The notes beneath the pieces are model-generated. The model was not told where the DNA came from. It did no database searches and saw nothing but the letters and a program-made list of their open reading frames with translations. A stretch of DNA of 44,628 bases from Candidatus Heimdallarchaeota archaeon (GTDB taxonomy: Archaea > Asgardarchaeota > Heimdallarchaeia > JABLTI01), in assembly GCA_019056785.1 (NCBI GenBank), contig DXJV01000069.1:1-44628 (forward strand), read 5' to 3'. Shown here piece after piece: positions 19,621 through 29,597 of the stretch. Every line of letters begins with the position of its first letter. Within the stretch, counting starts at the first letter, position 1. Made by a program: the position numbers and the translations under genes.

Positions 19621-19798
19621 ATTTCTCTTTTTCTTCTCTTTCTTCTTACTCATTTTATGCTCCAAAAAAGAATCCTTTTAAAGAAGAAGTCAATAAATAG
19701 CATTAACACTCATATTGAGAATTTCCACCTATTTCAACAATTGATGGCAGTAAGAATGTTTCCAAAGGACTTGCCATCACATAGGAGATTTATTTAAA

Positions 19799-21034
19799 AT
19801 GTACCTATGGTTAAAGATACTAACAATTGTTTATTTAGTGAGTATTGCAATTAGCTTGCTCTACTATTTCTTCATCAGCTTGAATCATAAAGAAGTGCTG
19901 AATGATGCTTATTTGCTGAAAGTTGATCGAGAACCGTTTGTAAGTATCATTTTACCAACTTTGAATGAGGAGAATAATATCGAGAAGTGTTTGCAATCGC
20001 TTCGGTCACAAAATTATTCGAATTTTGAGATCATCCTATCAGATGGTGGCTCAAAAGACAAAACAGTAAAACTAGCGAAAAAATATGTGGATAAAATAAT
20101 TATAAAAGATGATACGCCTGATGAATGGATTGGTAAGAATTACGGTTGCCATCTCGGCTATGAGCAAGCACAAGGAGAGATTTTGCTTTTTACAGATGCA
20201 GATACAGTTCATGCTCCTGATGCATTGCGGATTTTCGTCAGTAAATTACTCGAGAAAAGAGCCGGCTTAGTAACAGTTTTCCCTTATCAAAACTTAAGGC
20301 GATGGTGGGAAAGTATTGTCCCAATTTACTTCTTTCTATCGCACTTAACATCTGGTGGCTTGAAAAAAGTGAATGACCCCAGAGAAAATGATAGTTTCTT
20401 GGGTATAGGACAATATTTGCTGTTCACAAGAGAAGCTTACGAAGAGATAGGTGGGCATTTGCGCTTAAAGGGCTCCATTATAGAAGATTATGCTTTTGCA
20501 CGGATTGTCAAAAAAGAATTACAAGCGCTATTTTATACCCCCAGCGACAAACTTGTAAGGGCACAAATGTATCCAGAGTCATTCCGACATTGTTGGACGG
20601 GCTTCAAAAAGGTTCTCTATGCTGGAACAAAATTAACACCCCCTCGACGAATAACTATTACATTACTGTTTTGCTTAGCAACGATTTTTTCTCCGGTAAT
20701 GATAACCTTGATCGCTATTTACCAAACGCCTCATTCTTTTTGGTTGCTAACAATGGTAATTGGCTATGTGTTCATTATTTTAGCCTTTGCTTTTTATTGG
20801 AATAATAAAGGACGGCATTTTTGGGTGACGTATTTCTTTTTCCCGTTCCTGATGCTCTTTTTCATATTCACATTAATTGCTTCCACATTAGAAATTTTGA
20901 TTAGTAAAACAACCACTTGGAAAGGGCGAAAATACAAGCCTGATTTGCGTGCGGGTTTGAATGATTTTGAAAATAAAAAAGAGGAGGACTTTCCGGCAAG
21001 TGCTCCGAAGGTGAAATTAAAGAGCAATCAATAA
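19799..21034 (+). CDS. Membrane GT2 glycosyltransferase (CrtQ/HpnB-like)
   Basis: SIILPTLNEE, DGGSKDKT, WIGKNYGC, FTDADT, GQYLL..AYEEIGGH, IIEDYAFAR, terminal WKGRKY. N- and C-terminal TMs. AGGAG upstream. Confidence 0.9.
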   Translation: MYLWLKILTIVYLVSIAISLLYYFFISLNHKEVLNDAYLLKVDREPFVSIILPTLNEENNIEKCLQSLRSQNYSNFEIILSDGGSKDKTVKLAKKYVDKIIIKDDTPDEWIGKNYGCHLGYEQAQGEILLFTDADTVHAPDALRIFVSKLLEKRAGLVTVFPYQNLRRWWESIVPIYFFLSHLTSGGLKKVNDPRENDSFLGIGQYLLFTREAYEEIGGHLRLKGSIIEDYAFARIVKKELQALFYTPSDKLVRAQMYPESFRHCWTGFKKVLYAGTKLTPPRRITITLLFCLATIFSPVMITLIAIYQTPHSFWLLTMVIGYVFIILAFAFYWNNKGRHFWVTYFFFPFLMLFFIFTLIASTLEILISKTTTWKGRKYKPDLRAGLNDFENKKEEDFPASAPKVKLKSNQ

Positions 21035-21300
21035 TGGCTTTTAACGCCGGTTCCATTTTTTTCTTTTATGAAATAGTTAGAGGATCATCTCTTTATTGCC
21101 TTAATCCAGAAAGTAGTTTCATGTGAAAAATTTAAAAACACTCTAAAGAATAATTCAAGAAACGTGCTTTTTGCATGAATTCAACTATTATATCAATAAG
21201 AAATATCTGCGAGAAAAATGTCTTAGCAATTGTAACTCTGAATAACAATAAAGCGGGCCATTTTTTGAGATAGGTATTTCTCAAGAGGAGAAAGTCACTA

Positions 21301-22529
21301 TTGTTCCCCCTATGGTTTGCCATATTGACTTGTATTTATCTATTGTTAGTAATTATAATAACTGTTTATTATATTATTATCAGCACGAAAAGAACAGAAC
21401 TCTTTACTGATGATTTTCTTTTACGAAAAAAGCATGAACCTTTTGTTAGTATTATTGTCCCGACATTTAATGAAGAAAAGAACATCGAAAAGTGCTTAAG
21501 TTCTCTAAAAACCTGAATTACTCTCGTTTTGAAATAATTGTTTCAGATGGTGGCTCGACAGATGATACGCCCTTCTTAGCAGAACAATACACTGATAAAG
21601 TATTGGTTGAATCTTCAGTTCCTGAAGGATGGATTGGGAAAAATTATGGTTGCCATCTGGCTGCAGAAATAGCACAAGGAGAGCTACTACTTTTTACCGA
21701 TGTGGACACACGACATACCCCAAATTCGCTGCAGATTGCAGTTAGCAATTTATTGGAAAAAAAGGTTGATCTCTTAACGATTTTTCCGTATCAGAAATTA
21801 TCTCGTTGGTAGGAAAGCATTATCCCGCTCTATTATTTTCTCTCATTGTTTGTTTCAGGCGGGATAAAAAAAGTGAATGATGCAAAAAATGACGACAATT
21901 TTGTGGCAATAGGTCAATATTTGCTTTTCACGAAAAAAGGGTACAAGCAAATTGGCGGCTATGAAAGAATAAAAGGCTCAATAATTGATGATTATGCTTT
22001 CGCTCGGTTAGTAAAAAAAGAACTTCGTTCTCTCTATTATCTCGATTGTAGTAAATTAGTGTACACAGAAATGTACCCAGATTCGCTCTCACATTGTTGG
22101 TCTGGTTTGAAGAAATTTCTCTATGCAGGTGTAAAAATAACGCCGGCACGACGAATCGCCGTCACTATTGTGATGATTCTCTGGACGCTCTTAGCACCAT
22201 TGATGATTATATTAACAAGTCTATATAGTGATTCTTGGGGGCTTTTAGGAACAATTGTTTTCAGCTATGCCCTATTGTTGCTCGAGTTTAACCTTTACTG
22301 GCAAAACAAAGGCTCTCATCGATGGCTCATTTACCTCTTCTTCCCAGTTCAAATGATGATGTTCATTGTTTTAATGCTAACATCTTTAGTGGAAAGCACT
22401 GTCATAAAAACAACTACGTGGAAAGGACGAAAATATTCTCCTGACCTTTCTGCCGGGCTAGATGATTTTGAATCTCCCAACCCCTCCAATGAATTGTTCT
22501 CAGCACAAAGTCAATACAATCAACGGTAA
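21301..22529 (+). pseudogene. Tandem paralogue of the GT2 glycosyltransferase, disrupted by a frameshift and a nonsense codon
   Basis: Three ORF pieces align colinearly with 19799-21034. One base is missing in the A-run at 21507-21511. TAG at 21810-21812 sits where the paralogue has TGG (RWWES vs RW*ES). Confidence 0.85.
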
Positions 22530-22550
22530 GTTTTATTTTTGTTGGCACAA

Positions 22551-24284
22551 TTATTGTGAGAGGAGCCGTTCTCGAGCTTTTTTGAGCATTTCCAAATCTC
22601 TTTCAGTGTGAAAACCACTTTGTTCCCAGACTTTCTGTAAATCAATTAAGGGTGTTATTTCGAGGAGTTTTTTAAGATTGATCCGCATAAGCAATTCTTT
22701 TGTGAAAGGGCGTTTAGCTTCTAAATCCACTATCGCTTCAAGAAACATTTGTGCTTTTTTAGCATTCAATACTGAACTGATGAGCAATGCTTCATCATAG
22801 GAGTCAAACCCTAAAAAATAGCAAGTATCATCGAATAAAACAGGCTTGTTATTAATTGGCCAGACCAAAGAAAAGACAAAGCTCTTGCTTAATCCGGCTT
22901 TTGCCACTTTAAATTTCTTAAAAGCATAATTGCCAATGCCAAAAATTGCGAATTTATTGTTCTTAGGATAAACCTTAGACTTCCGTTTGGTGAAAAAACT
23001 CTCATGTAAGTTAAGGTACTGCCATGTCTTAGGGCAGCGCATTTGAAGTGTCTCGTCTTGTAAGTTCTTCTGAGTAATTAATAAAAATCTATTTGTGGTT
23101 TTTATTTCGAATTTTTTCAAATCTGAACCTTTTAAGAGGGGATAAATATTCTCATTCTCAAGTTCAATGTTTTCATTTAACTTGTTTGAATAGCATTTTA
23201 ATGTTGCATTAAATGTCAATTCAAGGATTTTACTACAATCGTGTTTTACTCCTTGTCTCCATTCAAAAGAAGAAATACCTTCAAATTCTCTGACCTTCTC
23301 AAATTTGGCAATGTCTGAAACAAAAATGTTATCCACCCAACCCATTTTCCGGAACAAAGAGGGATTCTCTTCACTAAATTTACCAAAGGAGCAATTGAGC
23401 TCTTTCTGTCCTGGAGAGAGGTCAGCTACAAATAGCGATGCATTCGCGGTTTTTCCAAAAATCCCTTGTGTGTCAATTTTTAATGCCCGGATATTTGAAA
23501 GATCATAACTTGCTTTCGGGAGGAATTTCAAGAGATTGCGTATAACAGAATTTTTAGTTAGTATGGCAATCTTACCTGAAAATGCAGAGAATTGTTTTAA
23601 CAAGCGATGGATGATAACTTCTGTTAGGTCAAAATTGCTCTTCCCTGTAATAGCCGCAATCCCTTTCGTCTGTTTATAATTACTTTTTGGGATATGGATA
23701 GCTGCTTTTAATTTTGATAATTCGGCTGCAGTAACCCATGGAGGGTTGCCAATAATGAGTAATTTTCTATGAGATGCTTTAAACAGTTCTTCGTTAAATT
23801 GATGATAAAAAATATTATCTAAATGTAAATAGAACTTGGTTTTTACTTGTGGGTGATTTTGGGAGGTTTTTAGCAGTTGGAGAAGAGCGTTCCAACGGTG
23901 GTGGGGTTGAATCTCGAGTCCATAAACGAACAAAGCCTTTGGAAAAAAACTGCAAATAGGGAGAAGAAAATTCCCATCACCAAAAGTGGGTTCTAAGATA
24001 ATTTCAGGAGAAAAGCCCTCACTTTCAAGAAAGTGATAAATCTTCCGGACGAAATTTGTGGGTGTTTGAACATCCCCCCATGAGCGCTTTATCCTTTCTG
24101 ATTGCTTTAGTTGTGGTTTTTTAACATACTCAAGGAAGGCTTGAACTTCTGTAAATGCTGTAAAAAAATGTATGATGTTAGCCCATTCTTCAATCAGTTT
24201 ATTTGCTCTCTCGAGGTTTTTTACACGCTGCAAATCAGCGAGAAATTTATTGAGGGCGGGATCAACTTGTTTGGGCTTATACAT
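22551..24284 (-). CDS. Amino (N6-adenine-type) DNA methyltransferase, gamma-class motif order, no cognate nuclease adjacent
   Basis: DVQTP, motif I LEPTFGDGNF, motif IV GNPPW, GKSNFDL. C-terminal TRD-like region with WRQGVKHDCSKILEL. Confidence 0.85.
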   Translation of the reverse strand: MYKPKQVDPALNKFLADLQRVKNLERANKLIEEWANIIHFFTAFTEVQAFLEYVKKPQLKQSERIKRSWGDVQTPTNFVRKIYHFLESEGFSPEIILEPTFGDGNFLLPICSFFPKALFVYGLEIQPHHRWNALLQLLKTSQNHPQVKTKFYLHLDNIFYHQFNEELFKASHRKLLIIGNPPWVTAAELSKLKAAIHIPKSNYKQTKGIAAITGKSNFDLTEVIIHRLLKQFSAFSGKIAILTKNSVIRNLLKFLPKASYDLSNIRALKIDTQGIFGKTANASLFVADLSPGQKELNCSFGKFSEENPSLFRKMGWVDNIFVSDIAKFEKVREFEGISSFEWRQGVKHDCSKILELTFNATLKCYSNKLNENIELENENIYPLLKGSDLKKFEIKTTNRFLLITQKNLQDETLQMRCPKTWQYLNLHESFFTKRKSKVYPKNNKFAIFGIGNYAFKKFKVAKAGLSKSFVFSLVWPINNKPVLFDDTCYFLGFDSYDEALLISSVLNAKKAQMFLEAIVDLEAKRPFTKELLMRINLKKLLEITPLIDLQKVWEQSGFHTERDLEMLKKARERLLSQ

Positions 24285-24464
24285 TACAATTCACAGTAGC
24301 AACTTTTAAGATTTCAATTAATTTAGGAAATCTTCGAATAAATATCTTCTGTGTCATGTTTACGAAAAAATAATAAAGGACAACCACCGACAATAAAGAT
24401 GGTGAACAGGTGCTTTTTAGCTATTAAGTCCTAGAACATAAAGAGCAATTCGAGTTGAAAGTAG

Positions 24465-25079
24465 ATGGTAGATATAATTGAAACAGAAGAAATACTAACT
24501 GGTTTACAGGATAGTAATCCGAACAAGCGTAATGAGCTGATCGACAAATTAACTCAATTGCGTAATTCTGATATTGTAACATATCTTATCTCTCTCTTAA
24601 AACAGGATGTTATTCACTGGCAAGTAAAAGAAGGAGCATGTAAAGCCCTAGGGCGAATCGGCGATAAAAGTGCCACAGAAGCATTGATTGCCTCTTTAGA
24701 TGATGACAATGAAATTGTTCGTTATCAAGCAGTAAATGCTCTTGGCAAACTGGGCGATAAACGAGCTGTTCCAAAATTGCTGTCAATTTTGCAAAAAAAG
24801 GAAGAACAATTGGTCAGGTCAGAGGCTGTGAAAGCCTTGGGAATGATTGGTGACCCGAGCGCCTTGAAAATCGTCTTAAATATCCTGAAAAAAGAAGAGG
24901 ACCGTTTTATCAAATATCACTCTGTAACTACTTTGGGAAAACTGGGTGATAAACGAGCATTAAAAGAGCTGCAAAAAATTGCTAAAACATCAACAGATGA
25001 TCGGCTAGTATTGCGTGCACTCGAGGCTATAGAAAACATCGAGAAACGTATGAATAAACTGAAAGTTGTTGCTGGATAG
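24465..25079 (+). CDS. HEAT-repeat (PBS-lyase-like) protein
   Basis: Repeats ALGRIGDKSA, ALGKLGDKRAV, ALGMIGDPSAL, TLGKLGDKRAL. Confidence 0.92.
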   Translation: MVDIIETEEILTGLQDSNPNKRNELIDKLTQLRNSDIVTYLISLLKQDVIHWQVKEGACKALGRIGDKSATEALIASLDDDNEIVRYQAVNALGKLGDKRAVPKLLSILQKKEEQLVRSEAVKALGMIGDPSALKIVLNILKKEEDRFIKYHSVTTLGKLGDKRALKELQKIAKTSTDDRLVLRALEAIENIEKRMNKLKVVAG

Positions 25080-25162
25080 ACAATCTCGGAGCGTTATTAA
25101 TAACTTTCTTAATTTTTATATGCACAGTTTCAGTAGTTCAGTCAAGGGGAACAATTCTCTTG

Positions 25163-26239
25163 TTATTCCTTAATTGGCACATTCCAATTGTATGGATCAT
25201 CGATTTTTCCGTATTGAATGCTGGTTAACTTTTCATAAATTGTCTTGGTGATTTCTCCAACCTGGTTATTATTAATAACATATTTCTTGCCGTTATAGAC
25301 AAGTTTTCCGACAGGGGCAATAGATGCTGCTGTTCCTGCTCCAAAAGCTTCAGTGAGGTTTTCACTATTTATAGATTCGATAATAGTATCAATTGAAAGG
25401 GGTTGTTCTTTAACTTTGTAGCCATTGTCTCTAGCAAGAGTAATAACACTGTCCCGGGTGACACCTCGAAGAATTGTCCCTTCTAAAGGCGCAGTGTAAA
25501 TAACATCATCAATAACGAAGAATTGATTCATTGTCCCTACTTCTTCAACATATTTGTGCTCTATCGCATCCAACCAAAGAACTTGATCGCAACCGGCTTT
25601 CAGGGCATTCTGTAGTGCTAATAAGCTGGCAGCATAATTTCCACCAGTTTTTGCTTCACCAGTGCCGCCTTTTACAGCACGAATATATTCTGGTTCAACA
25701 AAAATACTGATGGGTTTGAATCCTTCACTGAAATAGGGGCCAACAGGAGAAAGGATGATATAAAATAAATATTCTTTAGAACTGCGTAAGCCAATGGCTG
25801 CTTCTGTAGCAATCTCGGTTGGGCGGATATACAGAGCAGAACCAAACACCGTAGGAACCCAATGGCGTTCTAAAGATATCAATCGATGAATTGCTTCAAG
25901 AAAATATTCTTTTGGTAAAGGTTCCATTGCCATTCGTTTTGCAGAGGTAATCAACCGTTCAGCATTCATCTCGGGTCGAAAGAGTGAGGCGCCATGTGTT
26001 CTAGTCTGGTAAAAAGCTTTCATCCCCTCGAAAATTTCTTGCCCATAATGAAAGACCATACTCGCAGGTGAAAGGCTGAGATTTTCAAACGGCTGGATCC
26101 GGGCGTTTTGCCAGTTTCAATTCTTTGCTTCCATTAAAAACATGTGGTCGGTGAAAATGCGGCCAAAACCAAGTTTCTCAATTTTCTCAGGTAATTTTCT
26201 TCGCTGCTCTTCTGGGAGGAGTTTTTTTTCAATATCCAT
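25163..26239 (-). pseudogene. ilvE: Branched-chain amino acid aminotransferase with an in-frame TGA at codon 41 (nonsense mutation, sequencing error or recoding)
   Basis: ATG at 26239 gives MDIEKK...LGFGRIFTDHMFLMEAKN*NWQNARIQPF...VFHYGQEIFEGMKAF. TGA at 26119-26117. PLP Lys in AKTGGNYA; also EEVGTMN, LRGVTRDS, EAFGAGTAA. Confidence 0.85.
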
Positions 26240-26312
26240 TCTATTTCGCCATAGAACTTTTAACATTTGAATTCTAAAATTTTTAGTTCTACAAACTAAA
26301 GTTTTTGCAATT

Positions 26313-27452
26313 TTAGTCCTCGATGTAAAGAATTTCGTGAGCTTCTTTTAACCGTTTAATTATCGGGATTCCTTGCGGGCACTTTTCTTCGCATTCACCA
26401 CATTCAATGCAAGCAGTTGCGTTTTTCCATTGAGAATTAGGTTCTTTTCCTATCATAGAGTAATATTGTTTAGCCAAATCCCAGCCGTAGACTTGCCAAT
26501 GTATTAGTTGTTTTAAAATCTTGGTAATATTTACACCATGTTCGCATGGCATACAATAACCACATTGTGTACAAATCAGGTCTGACAAGCGCTTGTATGT
26601 TTCGCTGATTTTTTGAACTCGTTCTTTCTCCTTAGCTGTCAAAGTGATTGTTGGACTATTGGCTAAAGCAAGGTTTTCCCTTACCATGGCCTTATTTCCC
26701 ATCCCTGAAAGGGCAACAGAGATGTTTGGGTTTGACCAGACATGTTTAAATGCCAGGTCGACAAATGTCTTCTTCCCGGGCGTGAGGTAGTTCACTAATT
26801 CTTTTGGTGGCTCTAAGGCTAACCTTCCACCGGCAACAGGCCCCATCACGCACACACCCAACCCTTTCTTTGCTGCGTATTCTATTACTTCAGCATTTGT
26901 ATTATCAATAATATTGTATTGTAGTAAGATAACCTCGAAGATTCCGACATCTATGAGTTCCATTATATTTTCAACTGAATCATGTGACGAAAGCCCAATA
27001 TGCCTAATTTTTCCTTCCCGTTTTGCTTCTTTGGCTTTTTCTAGTAAATCAAATTTCAACACGATTTCTTCATATTGCTGTTTTTTCAAGCTGTGGAAAA
27101 GATAGACATCAATATGGTCTGTTTGGAGGCGTTTTAATTCTTCCTCGAGGAAATTAAGATAATCTTCTTCACTTTTCACTTTCCAGATGGGATTTTTGGT
27201 CATTAAAGTGACTTTTTCACGGTAGCCATCTTGAAGTGCTTTCCCTACCAAAACTTCACCCTGCTCGCGATGGTAAACATAGGCGGTATCAATATAATTG
27301 ACCCCTCCATCAATTGCTTGCCGGATGATCTTTATGGCCTCTGCTTCATTAATAGCTGCAGGGTTTTCAGGGTCAGTTGTAGGGAGTCGCATTGCCCCAA
27401 AACCAAGAACCGAAGCTTTTATACTTGTTTTTCCGAGTAACCGGTAATGCAT
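26313..27452 (-). CDS. Aldo/keto reductase with C-terminal 4Fe-4S dicluster domain
   Basis: LGFGAMRLP, NYIDTAYVY, CTQCGYCMPC, CIECGECEEKCP. Confidence 0.93.
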   Translation of the reverse strand: MHYRLLGKTSIKASVLGFGAMRLPTTDPENPAAINEAEAIKIIRQAIDGGVNYIDTAYVYHREQGEVLVGKALQDGYREKVTLMTKNPIWKVKSEEDYLNFLEEELKRLQTDHIDVYLFHSLKKQQYEEIVLKFDLLEKAKEAKREGKIRHIGLSSHDSVENIMELIDVGIFEVILLQYNIIDNTNAEVIEYAAKKGLGVCVMGPVAGGRLALEPPKELVNYLTPGKKTFVDLAFKHVWSNPNISVALSGMGNKAMVRENLALANSPTITLTAKEKERVQKISETYKRLSDLICTQCGYCMPCEHGVNITKILKQLIHWQVYGWDLAKQYYSMIGKEPNSQWKNATACIECGECEEKCPQGIPIIKRLKEAHEILYIED

Positions 27453-27598
27453 AATAAGGATTCATTTTTTCTAGAATTAATTAACTTTTCTTTCTACTTA
27501 AAAGCCTTCTTTCATCTGAGACTATAAATAAAATTAATAAAATCCGTTTTTCATTTTATAACCGGTATACTGTTTATTTCCAACAATTACTAGCTGTA

Positions 27599-28570
27599 GT
27601 GAGAAAAATGACCGTTGCAGAAAATAGTCAAGGCGAAACATTACGGATTCGTTCGTCAACTGATGTTGATAAATTCGTTTTATCCTTTAGGCAAGATGCA
27701 CCAAATTTCTATGCTGAAGGTGTATGTGATGTTTTTTATGTCCCTGTAGAAGGTGGACAATTACGAGTCTTTCACCATAAACCAAAAAAGGTGAAAGCAA
27801 AGCGCCCCATTGTTTTTGTGCCAGGGTTTGGTACGACTCCTTGGAGTTGGCAAGAATTTCATCGCGCACATCATGGTTTGGCTGAATATTTCTATATAGA
27901 AACACGTGATAAGAAATCTTCCATCATTAAAAGAAACCGCAAAACAGATATGACAATTGAACGGTTGGCAAAGGATATTGCTGAAGTAATTGATTATCTG
28001 GGATTGCGAGACAAAGATTTCGTTCTTATTGCTACTTGTTTGTCAGGAGGGGTATTACTAACAGGCCTAATCAAGAAAACTCTAAAGGCACCAACGGTGG
28101 TTGTTTTTGATCCATTCACAAAATGGACCCAGAATCGGTTTGTTGTAAAATTTATTATGCCCATTCTTCCCCCCATCTTTTTAACTGTCTTTAAAAAAAT
28201 CATCGGAATGCTCATCATTGCTAATATGAAAAACAAAGCACAAAAAGAGCGAAATATGGATACAATTGAGAGCGCTGTCGCTTGGAAATGGCGGAAATTT
28301 AGTATGCAGAATGTAAATTTTGACATTACCAATGAGTTTCAAACAATAGAGCAAGTTGTGTATGTTTTTCATGGTCCAAAAGACAAATATCATCCAGAAG
28401 GAACATTCGAACACGTAGCAAAAGCTATTCCTAATGCCCATTTCTTCCTGATGAAAACATCTGATGCCCTTCGAGAGCTATTGGTTGGTGTCATTGCAAC
28501 CGAATTTGCCTTTATAACGAAAGAGGATGGCATTCCTACCAGCTTACGAGAATTTGAGGTCCCATTGTAA
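27599..28570 (+). CDS. Alpha/beta-hydrolase-fold protein with a non-canonical catalytic centre
   Basis: PIVFVPGFG oxyanion segment, LAKDIAEVIDYLGL, elbow LIATCLSGG, FHGPKD. Confidence 0.75.
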   Translation: MRKMTVAENSQGETLRIRSSTDVDKFVLSFRQDAPNFYAEGVCDVFYVPVEGGQLRVFHHKPKKVKAKRPIVFVPGFGTTPWSWQEFHRAHHGLAEYFYIETRDKKSSIIKRNRKTDMTIERLAKDIAEVIDYLGLRDKDFVLIATCLSGGVLLTGLIKKTLKAPTVVVFDPFTKWTQNRFVVKFIMPILPPIFLTVFKKIIGMLIIANMKNKAQKERNMDTIESAVAWKWRKFSMQNVNFDITNEFQTIEQVVYVFHGPKDKYHPEGTFEHVAKAIPNAHFFLMKTSDALRELLVGVIATEFAFITKEDGIPTSLREFEVPL

Positions 28571-28609
28571 ACTCTTGGAATAATCGCTATAATAAGAAAA
28601 AGATGGAAG

Positions 28610-29368
28610 TTAAATGCTTCCATTTTTTGTGCTTTCTTTATTGGTATCCTTAATAATAATGCCCCCTTTCTTTCCAATTTGATATTCTGTTCCTTTAAAC
28701 ATGCCAATAAATGCCATTAGATATTTTGGAAAGATTGCAAGGGAGATTCCGATTACAAAAAGGCCGGTGATAAAAGGATTGCTCATGTGTGTAAGAACCA
28801 TCCATGGAGGTGAGAATCGTAAGAAAAAGGCGATGGGTGTGCCAATGAAAATTGCCAGAAATTGCGATGGGCGAACATAACGTGTTAGTGCTAAAAATAC
28901 TACCATACTGAAAATGAAAATTAACAGCAAAAGGGGGTTGGTTAACACAAGAAAGCTAACCGTGACAGCGATCCCACGGCCACCTTGAAATTTAAGGAAA
29001 ATAGGATAATTATGGCCTAAAATAACTGCCATCGCTACAAAAATGTAGATAAGATTGTGTTTTGTTATTTCCCAATATTTGCCTGCACAGGCCAATGGTG
29101 TGTTATCAAATGGAATGGCAAGAACTGCAATAATAGTTGCTAAGCCTTTATAAAAGTCCAAGCCTCCTGCTAAAAGCCCCCAATTAAAACCACTTTTAAC
29201 CATAACATTTAAACCACCAACATTTCCAAGTCCAGTTTTTCGCAAATCTTCTCCAGTACGCCATTTAGCGATAATATACGAAAAAGGAATGGAACCAATA
29301 AAATATGCGATAATTGGACAAATAATTATCCATATCCAATGATCAATAGCTGCCATAGTTGTTATCAC
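28610..29368 (-). CDS. plsY: PlsY-family (glycerol-3-phosphate acyltransferase-like) membrane protein, divergent motifs
   Basis: YFIGSIPFS, DLRKTGLGNVGGLN, DFYKG, ILGHNYPIFLKFQGGRGIA, multiple TMs, terminal GTE. Confidence 0.8.
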   Translation of the reverse strand: MITTMAAIDHWIWIIICPIIAYFIGSIPFSYIIAKWRTGEDLRKTGLGNVGGLNVMVKSGFNWGLLAGGLDFYKGLATIIAVLAIPFDNTPLACAGKYWEITKHNLIYIFVAMAVILGHNYPIFLKFQGGRGIAVTVSFLVLTNPLLLLIFIFSMVVFLALTRYVRPSQFLAIFIGTPIAFFLRFSPPWMVLTHMSNPFITGLFVIGISLAIFPKYLMAFIGMFKGTEYQIGKKGGIIIKDTNKESTKNGSI

Positions 29369-29597
29369 CTAGTTTTTTTATTGTAATTTGTGTTTGGGTT
29401 CTTCTTTAATTATTTTTTTGCTTCTATGTTTAAAGAGTGATGATAAATTGTGTCACACTTTTCGCATATGTCTTTTTCTAACGGGCGTTTAAATTAAAAA
29501 GCACAGAATGTTTAAAAAAGACCATTAATTTTTTACCATTAGAAACAACTATTTAATAGTAGATTCGATATATACCTATACATCTGCTTATTGCTTA

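Noticed and set aside
21500-21516. Programmed -1 frameshift at CTAAAAACC
   Set aside because: Not a canonical X XXY YYZ heptamer in the zero frame, and a downstream nonsense codon would still truncate the product.
21810-21812. Pyrrolysine/TAG readthrough in the second GT2
   Set aside because: The codon aligns with Trp TGG in the paralogue and the gene also has a frameshift, so simple decay explains it.
26117-26119. Alternative genetic code (TGA = Gly/Trp) suggested by the ilvE TGA
   Set aside because: Many genes here end properly at TGA, and no other conserved gene is broken by an in-frame TGA.
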